NCBI GenBank assembly: GCA_049512075.1
Contig: JBEKXL010000023.1
Span: 1-35,707, forward strand
Direction: 5' to 3'
Source: Candidatus Bathyarchaeia archaeon
GTDB lineage: Archaea; Thermoproteota; Bathyarchaeia; Bathyarchaeales; Bathycorpusculaceae
DNA: 35,707 nucleotides
The position numbers and the translations under genes are program-made. Shown one piece after another: positions 28,784 to 35,707 of this stretch (within the stretch, counting starts at the first letter, position 1; every line of letters begins with the position of its first letter). The notes below the pieces were generated by a model. The model saw only the letters and a list, made by a program, of their open reading frames with translations, made no database searches and had not been told where the DNA came from.

Positions 28784-29607
28784 CCAATTACAGCCTCAGA
28801 AAATTTAAGAACCAGCTTTTCTTTATCCTCTGTGCCGCTTGCGTAATCATCGCAATAATCCCACTGCTAAGCATTCTTTACGAGGTGGTCTCAAGAGGAG
28901 CGCCACAGCTGAGCATCAATTTCCTCACACAAAAGGATGCTGATGGCGGCATTGGGCCCGCTATCCAAGGTACTCTTATTCTGATAGGCTTGACAAGTAT
29001 CATTGGAATTCCAGTGGGCGTTTTGTCTGGCGTCTACTTGGCCGAGTTTGGAAACAACAAGTATGCTGCCTCAATTAGAACGGTCAATGACGTGCTGACG
29101 GAGTTTCCGTCAATAGTTGTTGGAATCACGGCTTTCGGCGTGGTGGTTCTCGGCATTATAGGGAGCTATTCTCCGCTCGCAGGTGCCGTTGCGCTTTCTT
29201 TTATTCTCATTCCAGTAGTGGCTAGGACTACCGAGGAGTCACTGAAACTAGTTCCCAACTCTGTCCGCGAAGCTTCACTCGCGCTGGGGGTTCATAAGTG
29301 GAGAACCACCCTGAGCGTTGTCTTGCCAGCCGCAAAGGGTGGTTTGGTGACAGGAACTCTTCTCGCAATTGCCAGAATAGCTGGCGAGACTGCACCCCTA
29401 ATTATGACCATTTTAGGCAATTCGTATTTCTTCCAAGGCTTCTCCTCACCCATGGATGCCTTGCCCCTGAGAATCTGGAGAGATTCGCTGCAGCCTTATG
29501 CCAATCTGCAGGCACAAGGCTGGGGAGCCGCGCTAGTTCTAATTCTAATAGTGTTAAGCCTGAACATTGCCGTTAGAGTGGCAAGCCGAGGTCGACTGAG
29601 AAGATGA
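28780..29607 (+). CDS. pstA: Phosphate ABC transporter permease
   Basis: [24 protein letters not shown]; ATGA overlap with pstC. Confidence 0.95.
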   Translation: MTNYSLRKFKNQLFFILCAACVIIAIIPLLSILYEVVSRGAPQLSINFLTQKDADGGIGPAIQGTLILIGLTSIIGIPVGVLSGVYLAEFGNNKYAASIRTVNDVLTEFPSIVVGITAFGVVVLGIIGSYSPLAGAVALSFILIPVVARTTEESLKLVPNSVREASLALGVHKWRTTLSVVLPAAKGGLVTGTLLAIARIAGETAPLIMTILGNSYFFQGFSSPMDALPLRIWRDSLQPYANLQAQGWGAALVLILIVLSLNIAVRVASRGRLRR

Positions 29608-30425
29608 CAACCCTAAGAATGAGCAACAAGAATGGGGAGACAGCCGTCAACTTGGAACAAGTGCGACCAGAGGCAAAGATGCAGAGTATCGCTTTAAACG
29701 CGTGGTTTGGCTCCAAACAAGCCTTGAAGGACATAAACCTTACCGTAAAAGCCAACGCGGTCACAGCCATAATCGGTCCTTCAGGATGCGGAAAGTCCAC
29801 TTTCATACGCTGCCTCAACAGAATGCATGAGTTAGTCCCAAACGCAAGAATGTCTGGACAAGTGCTTCTCGACGGAAAGAACATCTACAGCAAGGAAACC
29901 GACTCCGTACAGATCCGCCGGAGAGTAGGCATGGTTTTCCAGAAACCAAATCCGTTTCCCACCATGTCTATCTACGACAATGTAGCAGCAGGATTGAAAC
30001 TCACGGGCACAAAGAAAGGTCAGAACCTCGATGAGATTGTGAAAAAGAGTCTTCAGCAGGCAACCTTGTGGGATGAAGTTAAGGATGATTTGAAAAAGCC
30101 CGGAACAGGCATATCAGGGGGCCAACAACAGAGGCTCTGCATCGCCCGCGCAATTGCATTACAGCCCGAGGTAATTTTGATGGATGAACCCTGCTCAGCT
30201 CTTGACCCAATTGCCACAGCCAAAATTGAAGAGTTAATAGTGCAGCTCAAGAATGATTACACTGTCGTTATTGTCACCCATAATATGCAGCAAGCCGCAC
30301 GTGTTTCAGATTTCACTGCTTTTATGTACTTAGGTCAACTAGTGGAGTTCGACGACACGACAAGTATGTTTGAAAACCCCAAGAGTGAGCTAACAGAGAA
30401 ATACATAACTGGAAAATTCGGTTAA
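29604..30425 (+). CDS. pstB: Phosphate ABC transporter ATP-binding protein
   Basis: [50 protein letters not shown]. Confidence 0.97.
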   Translation: MTTLRMSNKNGETAVNLEQVRPEAKMQSIALNAWFGSKQALKDINLTVKANAVTAIIGPSGCGKSTFIRCLNRMHELVPNARMSGQVLLDGKNIYSKETDSVQIRRRVGMVFQKPNPFPTMSIYDNVAAGLKLTGTKKGQNLDEIVKKSLQQATLWDEVKDDLKKPGTGISGGQQQRLCIARAIALQPEVILMDEPCSALDPIATAKIEELIVQLKNDYTVVIVTHNMQQAARVSDFTAFMYLGQLVEFDDTTSMFENPKSELTEKYITGKFG

Positions 30426-30436
30426 GGTGATATGAT

Positions 30437-31081
30437 ATGCACAGACTACTGGACAGAGGACTAGAACAACTAACAGCCATGGTTTTCAACATGGGCAAAG
30501 TAGCTGAGAAAGCGTTGGCCATATCTATTGATGGCTTCGTCAGGGAAAAGGATACCTCGGGAGATGTACACGAGCTATCGGAAATTCTCCTCTCCTTGAC
30601 CGTGGAGGTGGAGGAGAAAGCCTTCGGGTTGATCGCCAAATATCAGCCTGTAGCGTCGGACTTGAGGATTATCAACTCCTACATGAAAATCGCTTACGAC
30701 TTCGAAAGGTACGGCAGGTATGCGTGGGACATATGCTTCATACGCAAGCGTCTGGGTGGCTTGAAAGACTGCGAAGAATGGATACCTCATTTCATCGAGG
30801 AAATGGGGGAAAAGGTTCTCCAAATGGTGCGGACAAGCATAAACTCGCTTAAGAATCAGGACACCGACCTCGCCAAAGCAATATCTAAGACAGAACAAGA
30901 AGTAGATGAAATGTACTTCCAATACCTCGACAAGCTCGTGAAAGAGGCACATGTCACAGGTCAGTGCACGACTTCAAGTGTACTCGTAGTAAGATACCTA
31001 GAGAGAATAGCTGACCATGCAACATACATTGCCGAAGCAGTCGTCTACATCGCTACAGGGCAGAAAATAACTCTTAGATAA
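30437..31081 (+). CDS. phoU: Phosphate signalling protein PhoU
   Basis: QPVASDLR, DFERYG, RYLERIADHATYIAE; GGTGA RBS. Confidence 0.95.
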   Translation: MHRLLDRGLEQLTAMVFNMGKVAEKALAISIDGFVREKDTSGDVHELSEILLSLTVEVEEKAFGLIAKYQPVASDLRIINSYMKIAYDFERYGRYAWDICFIRKRLGGLKDCEEWIPHFIEEMGEKVLQMVRTSINSLKNQDTDLAKAISKTEQEVDEMYFQYLDKLVKEAHVTGQCTTSSVLVVRYLERIADHATYIAEAVVYIATGQKITLR

Positions 31082-31227
31082 CTAGGAGAAAATTTGAACG
31101 TAGAGTCAATACTGAACTGGGAAAGTTGAAATCGCTGCATAACAGTATGGCTTGTAGTGGTTGAACTTGAGGAAGATTCTTTCTTCATGCTTAGGAAAGG
31201 CTTGGCAAAGCGAGAAGGTTTTTCTTA

Positions 31228-31722
31228 ATGAATAGGATGAAAGTCCTTTTATTGTGTGAGCACAATTCAGCCAGATCGCAGATGGCTGAAGGCTTGCTTA
31301 GGCATCTGTACGGTGAAAAGTATGAAGTCTTCAGCGCAGGCTCAAACCCGACGCAAGTCAATCCTTTTGCCGTCAAGGTTATGGCTGAGATAGGGATAGA
31401 TATTTCCAAGCAGACTTCCAAGAGCATTGAAGAGTTCCGAAACACGCAAATAGATTTAGTTGTATCAGTCTGCAAGACCAGCGCCAAGCTGATGTGTTCA
31501 CTCTGTTCTTCACCAATAGTTATGGGTAGACCCGAGATTATCAACACGACACTACCCGGAGCAAAACACTACCTTCACCATGGATTCAACGATCCTTCCG
31601 AACTGGACGGGAGTGATGAGGAAGAGACCATTGCCTTTCGACGCACAAGAGACGATATCAAGAAGTGGATAATTGACAATTTTGCCGATCCAAAGATAGT
31701 AAGCTTAGCTGATGATTTGTAG
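31228..31722 (+). CDS. arsC: Arsenate reductase, LMW-PTPase family
   Basis: CEHNSARSQMAE (CX5R), SAGS.P, EIGIDIS, DP...FRRTRDDI. Confidence 0.85.
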   Translation: MNRMKVLLLCEHNSARSQMAEGLLRHLYGEKYEVFSAGSNPTQVNPFAVKVMAEIGIDISKQTSKSIEEFRNTQIDLVVSVCKTSAKLMCSLCSSPIVMGRPEIINTTLPGAKHYLHHGFNDPSELDGSDEEETIAFRRTRDDIKKWIIDNFADPKIVSLADDL

Positions 31723-31747
31723 GCGCGTGCGCTTTTTCTGTTATGCA

Positions 31748-31795
31748 CTTTCGATGTATTCTTTTTAAGCCGATCTTTGATTTTGCGGAAAAGTT
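31748..31795 (+). repeat. Repeat B copy at the left edge of the right accessory block
   Basis: CTTTCGATGTATTCTTTTTAAGCC matches the reverse complement of 15185-15208; TTTTGCGGAAAAGTT matches the copies near 34795 and 35161. Confidence 0.75.
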
Positions 31796-31897
31796 GTCTA
31801 TTTCGAACTGAAAAGTAAGTTTTAATACCAAGTTGAACACCTTGTTATTTGTTACGAGCGAACCCTTGTCACATATGATAGACTGAGGCGGTTTGAA

Positions 31898-32404
31898 TTG
31901 TCAGAAGATGAATGGACTCAAAATATCAAGAAAATGAAAGAAAGAGAAAAGGAAATTGATGCTGTTGGGGAAGCAAAAAGGAAGGAATGGGAAGAACTTA
32001 AAGAGAAGCACAAAGATGAAGCCACGAAGATTATAGACCTACTCAATTCGGAACTGAAAAAAGTGCTCACCGTTTACGAAGACTCATCACTTAAAAAATA
32101 TGACAAACCCAAAGTGGAAGGTGACAACCGTTATGTGAAGTTGGATATTCCAATAGTCCGTGGGGGTTCTTACTATAGTTTCGGAATATCCTTCTGGTTG
32201 AAGTTGACTGAAAAAGGCTATGGGCTTGATGTAGTTAAAAGCACTTTTCTGACAAGGGATTCAACACCGCATGAAGACAAGACTTACATTCCGCCACTAG
32301 TAACAGCGATTGCGATACGGAAGGAAGTTACGGAAGTTCTTCAAGCACGAAACGAATCCATCAGGATTATGACAGAGCAAGAGGACAGATACCGCAAGCA
32401 ATGA
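31898..32404 (+). CDS. Hypothetical protein
   Basis: 168-aa ORF, TTG start after GAGGCGG, charged N-terminal helix. Confidence 0.7.
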   Translation: MSEDEWTQNIKKMKEREKEIDAVGEAKRKEWEELKEKHKDEATKIIDLLNSELKKVLTVYEDSSLKKYDKPKVEGDNRYVKLDIPIVRGGSYYSFGISFWLKLTEKGYGLDVVKSTFLTRDSTPHEDKTYIPPLVTAIAIRKEVTEVLQARNESIRIMTEQEDRYRKQ

Positions 32405-32656
32405 GAAAACAAATAGAAATCAAATCCCCAGTTCGTGCGAAGGACTTAGAGGGAAGATTTCACGTTCTGTTCAAGACTCTTGTGGGGGCAGACGGTTCAA
32501 GGAGAGAACTTTTTGATACCTACAAAAATGGTCACTCTAAACTTAAAGAAAGGCGAGTGTATAGCGTTGATAGACGAAAAAAGCAGATTCTGGGAATTGT
32601 ATAGAAACGAAAAGGGACTCTATATCTTGAAGAGATTAGATGAGGAAGAAGACTAG
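32401..32656 (+). pseudogene. Small hypothetical gene with probable +1 frameshift near 32450
   Basis: ATGA overlap with the upstream gene; removing one G from GAGGGAAGAT joins MRKQIEIKSPVRAKDLE to EDFTFCSRLLWGQ...LYILKRLDEEED*, and repeat B follows that stop. Confidence 0.5.
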
Positions 32657-32662
32657 AAGACA

Positions 32663-32760
32663 CTTCTATCAGTCCTTTCAAGCCAATTTGACCCTTTGAT
32701 TTTGGCGTCTTTCCGTTCTACGGCTTTCGTCTTCTATTGCTGTGCAGATTTAACGTTTCC
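32663..32760. repeat. Repeat B (+, 32663-32693) facing repeat A copy 5 (-, 32727-32760)
   Basis: CTTCTATCAGTCCTTTCAAGCCAATTTGACC; minus strand GGAAACGTTAAATCTGCACAGCAATAGAAGACG. Confidence 0.8.
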
Positions 32761-32849
32761 GCCTTAGCTTTGAATTGATATTGAGAATTAACAAGAGATT
32801 TATAATCAGACCGTAAACTAGAACTTGGCAAGAAAGAACGTTCCAGAAG

Positions 32850-34181
32850 GTGCGGAGAGACTTGGCTAGTAGTTTAGAGAATTTTAGATGCCCTTTGTGT
32901 GGCAAACCATTAGCTAGCGATGAATATCAAGATGCCGTAGGAAAACTCGAAAAAAAAGTAGCTGAGAAATATAACGAGAAAAACCAGCAGAGCAAGCAAG
33001 ATTACGAAAAGAAGATTGCGGAATTGACTTTAGGACATAAAGCAGAAGTCAAAAATCTAAAGGAGACTTACGAAGAACAACAAAAAACGTTCAAGAGAGA
33101 ACTACAGGATTCAAATAAGAAGCAGTTTGCAGAGTTGAAAAAGACTTATGATGAAATCAATAGAAAAAACCAAAAAGAATTCGGGAGATTGAGAAAGACA
33201 TTAGAAGATGAGCATAAGAAGGAATTGCGGAGAAAAGACCAGCAATTAACAGACATGAGAAAAGAACAATCTCGGTTGAAGAAGCTTGCTTTTGAAGAAG
33301 CTAAAGATGAAGCTAGTTCAGAAATAAGGAAATTGAAGGGCGACATTGGGGAGCGAGATATCCAAATAAAACGGTTCAATGATGAGGTTGAAGACTTAAA
33401 GAAACAATTGTCGCAAAGCCAAGCAGAATTGAAAGGTGAGTATGGAGAAATGGACCTCTACTCTACGCTCGTTCAAGCCTTTCCTGACGATAGCATTAGA
33501 AGGCAGAAAAGAGGGGAAATTAGCGGAGATTTAGTGCAACACATCAGGACTCTATCGAAAACACTTGCTACACCAATTGTGTATGACAATAAGCAAGCTG
33601 AGAGAGTTACGAAGAAGGACATAGAGAAAGCAAAAAACTACAAGAAAGTGCATAGAACTGAATACGTTATAATCGTCTCAAGCAATCTTCCTAAGAAAGA
33701 AATCAAGAATGCACTATGTGGAGAAAAAGAAGGGATTCTACTTGCACATCCCTCAATTGTTGTTGAAGTTTCTCGCCAGATTCGAAAAGCAATCATAGAG
33801 ATATCAAAGCAATCCGAAAGCGAAAAAGACCGAGAAACTAAAGAATCGAAACTGTATGATTACGTCAAGAGTCCAGAATTTTGTAGCACCATAGAGAAAA
33901 TCTATGGCATACATCAAAAAATGACAGAATTACAGAATAGAGAAGAGAAAGCACACGAAAGATTATGGAGAGAGAGAAAAGAATTACACACACAAATAAA
34001 CCAAACGTATATGAATATATCAGGTGGAATCGAAACCATACTTCAAGAAAAACCACCTATGGAAGAACTGACCAAAGAGGACACAGAACAAAAGGAAATC
34101 GAAGAATCGGCGAAAGAGCAGTTACCCATACTTGAAGTTAAACGTAAGAAGAAAAAAGCCACACAAACCGAAAGTTCTTGA
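32850..34181 (+). CDS. DUF2130-like protein (CxxC + long coiled coil + RmuC-like PD-(D/E)xK domain)
   Basis: CPLCG, long coiled coil, KGEYGE..L...AFPDD.I, GDLVQ, IVYDNK; start may be TTG 32862. Confidence 0.75.
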   Translation: MRRDLASSLENFRCPLCGKPLASDEYQDAVGKLEKKVAEKYNEKNQQSKQDYEKKIAELTLGHKAEVKNLKETYEEQQKTFKRELQDSNKKQFAELKKTYDEINRKNQKEFGRLRKTLEDEHKKELRRKDQQLTDMRKEQSRLKKLAFEEAKDEASSEIRKLKGDIGERDIQIKRFNDEVEDLKKQLSQSQAELKGEYGEMDLYSTLVQAFPDDSIRRQKRGEISGDLVQHIRTLSKTLATPIVYDNKQAERVTKKDIEKAKNYKKVHRTEYVIIVSSNLPKKEIKNALCGEKEGILLAHPSIVVEVSRQIRKAIIEISKQSESEKDRETKESKLYDYVKSPEFCSTIEKIYGIHQKMTELQNREEKAHERLWRERKELHTQINQTYMNISGGIETILQEKPPMEELTKEDTEQKEIEESAKEQLPILEVKRKKKKATQTESS

Positions 34182-34255
34182 AGCATTGCAATGCCTTTCT
34201 TTGCTCTTGAGTCTCTTTTTTCATCTTCATCACTCAGTATATCAGTAATGTTTCA

Positions 34256-34280
34256 AAAACCCGCTATTTGGCGGGGTTTT
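34256..34280. terminator. Hairpin with A/T tails between convergent genes
   Basis: AAAACCCGCTA-TT-TGGCGGGGTTTT. Confidence 0.45.
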
Positions 34281-34323
34281 CTCCCGTATTCCCGACTGAC
34301 ATAGATATCGCCAAGAATACGAT

Positions 34324-34354
34324 GGTCAAACTCGCTTAAAAGGACTGATAGAAG
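34324..34354 (-). repeat. Repeat B copy after the stop of the 34361 gene
   Basis: Minus strand CTTCTATCAGTCCTTTTAAGCGAGTTTGACC, three mismatches to 32663-32693. Confidence 0.85.
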
Positions 34355-34360
34355 AATGCT

Positions 34361-34774
34361 CTACAACAGAGCCAATATCCCAACTATGACAGCAACGACA
34401 CCTAACACTATGCTCACTGCCAATGAGAGATAGAAGTTTCTTCTTTCTCTTTTTGCGTCTTTCACAGCTTCATCTCGTTGTTCCTCAGCTAGTTTATTGC
34501 TTTTCTCCAGTTCGTCAGCAATCTTCTTGAGATATTCGAAACTCTGGTCAATGTGCAATGTATTTGCAATGGTGGCTTGACTAGCGTCAAAAGTCTCAGC
34601 TAATCTTCCATAATCCTGTTGGATAGAACCACTAATCGTGGAGATTGAAGTTGCAGAAGCCGCACCCGACAGCTTAATTTCTCCACTTGCTTTGACCGCG
34701 TAATTCTTGGGCTTGGCTTCTTTCTCACTCTCTTTTTCTTTCTTTTTTTCGCCCACTCTACTTCCTCTATTCAT
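34361..34774 (-). CDS. Hypothetical protein with C-terminal TM anchor
   Basis: Charged N-terminus, coiled coil, terminal hydrophobic helix; GAAAAGTTATA promoter about 25 nt upstream. Confidence 0.7.
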   Translation of the reverse strand: MNRGSRVGEKKKEKESEKEAKPKNYAVKASGEIKLSGAASATSISTISGSIQQDYGRLAETFDASQATIANTLHIDQSFEYLKKIADELEKSNKLAEEQRDEAVKDAKRERRNFYLSLAVSIVLGVVAVIVGILALL

Positions 34775-34789
34775 AATCTCTGCGTTCAG

Positions 34790-34835
34790 CTATAACTTTT
34801 CCCCAAAACCCAAAAACTGGCTTAAAAAGTCGAAG
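34790..34835 (-). repeat. Repeat B copy running into a BRE-TATA
   Basis: Minus strand TTTTAAGCCAGTTTTTGGGTTTTGGGGAAAAGTTATAG. Confidence 0.75.
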
Positions 34836-34865
34836 TTCCTAAAGTGGCAGAAGAGTCAGTAGAGT

Positions 34866-35117
34866 TTATTTTTCGACCGATTTCGGAAATGGAAAGAATA
34901 ATTCTACAAGCAAGAGTAGAAGTTTAAAAAGGTAATACACTAACAAAATAGGATAAGTGATGACCATAAACGCCATGACTATATCGACTCTATGCTTCTT
35001 TACGAACCTGAACAGCGTGTAAATTGTCAAGCCGTAGCCTATTAAGTCAAGAAGTTCCTTAATCATCTTCAAGGATGCATTGAAATCAATAATGTTTGAT
35101 GGTCTTTTGATAGACAT
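34866..35117 (-). CDS. Small hypothetical membrane protein
   Basis: ATG 35117 downstream of GAAATGTTATA; two hydrophobic segments. Confidence 0.55.
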   Translation of the reverse strand: MSIKRPSNIIDFNASLKMIKELLDLIGYGLTIYTLFRFVKKHRVDIVMAFMVITYPILLVYYLFKLLLLLVELFFPFPKSVEK

Positions 35118-35158
35118 GTTTTTCACTTTCACTATTGTAATTAGTTCTCTTGGTTCGA

Positions 35159-35207
35159 CTATAACATTTCCGCAAAACCTCAAACTGGCTTAGAAGAACT
35201 GATAGAA
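35159..35207 (-). repeat. Repeat B copy running into a BRE-TATA
   Basis: Minus strand TTCTATCAGTTCTTCTAAGCCAGTTTGAGGTTTTGCGGAAATGTTATAG. Confidence 0.8.
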
Positions 35208-35235
35208 CTATTCTCTATCTAGCAATTAACCTATT

Positions 35236-35586
35236 TCAACCAGTAGCAGTTTTCAGCCATTGATAGGTGTCCGCACTCGTTCTGTTATATATCGCAATCG
35301 TTGGATAATAGCCGTGATATTCAAGGAATAGATGACTGATGACTCCATTTATCAAACCGCCTGTAGTGTCTTCAATAGTGTAAGTTATCGTGAAGTTCTG
35401 AGGGTCTCCGACTGGATAGATGTTGACCGAATAGCTTGAATAGGTCTCCATATGGCTCGTAGCGGCTATATTGAATTTGACTTGTGTTTCATTATACTCT
35501 ATCCAAGGCTCAAGTTGATTTACCGTGATATTCGCATTCGCCACCGTGACAACCAGTTTCAAAGACGCATCGATGCTTCCTCTATT
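35236..35586 (-). pseudogene. 3' part of a secreted beta-rich protein gene, apparently truncated by the IS
   Basis: Frame open up to 35586 (NRGSIDASLKLVVTV...) where IS sequence begins; no signal peptide or promoter left; several N-x-S/T sequons. Confidence 0.6.
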
Positions 35587-35587
35587 T

Positions 35588-35707
35588 CAAGGGTGTGGGG
35601 GAAGAGAACCCCGGGGCTTGCCCCGGGCGGTGAATTCCCCCACTTAAGCCTTTATACTGAGCGTGTGTTACGAAAATGTGGAGATAACCTTGGAGATGGA
35701 GGCCGGG
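35588..35707 (+). mobile_element. Left end of IS200-like element with hairpin, promoter and probable tnpA start
   Basis: CCCGGGGC-TT-GCCCCGGG (35610-35627) nested in a GTGGGGGAA/TTCCCCCAC outer stem; TTTATA at about 35651; matches the hairpin at 98-117. Confidence 0.78.

Noticed and set aside
32602-32643. TAG read-through (pyrrolysine) of the 67-aa ORF
   Set aside because: A +1 frameshift explains the region better, and no pyl genes are visible.
31748-35207. Canonical integron attC sites
   Set aside because: No RYYYAAC/GTTRRRY ends or long imperfect hairpin seen, and no intI in the window; kept only as an analogy.
1-35707. Window as a circular element with a single IS200 copy
   Set aside because: Sequence after the right IS end does not supply the missing 5' part of the 35236 gene, and there are no replication or transfer genes.

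Overview
Archaeal chromosomal segment. TATA/BRE promoters, GGTGA-type RBS, a PEF-CTERM sorting signal and an AbrB-PhoU regulator suggest a Bathyarchaeia-like lineage (inference only). The window begins in the 3' end of an IS200-type transposase and ends in the left end of a second, co-oriented copy. The core (about 7.9-31.7 kb) is a nutrient and ion homeostasis block: amt, a rubredoxin-fused ThDP enzyme, a DCD-domain gene, ALDH, HIT, a NikR-like regulator with a znuABC-like ABC transporter, kdpABC bracketed by two Lrp/AsnC C-terminal-domain paralogs and DDE transposase relics, AbrB-PhoU, pstSCAB-phoU and arsC. Two AT-richer accessory blocks of ORFan membrane/surface genes flank it (about 3.3-7.7 kb and 31.75-35.6 kb). 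The most striking unexplained structure is non-coding. First, at least 13 alternating (CG)n tracts of 8 nt or more lie essentially only between genes and bracket transcription units. Second, two dispersed intergenic repeat families (a promoter-bearing 'A' repeat and a post-stop 'B' repeat with a TTTAAGCC core) punctuate the accessory genes like a cassette array with no integrase in view. Three genes carry single frameshifts that the ORF track misses. All coordinates were read by eye and no database search was run.
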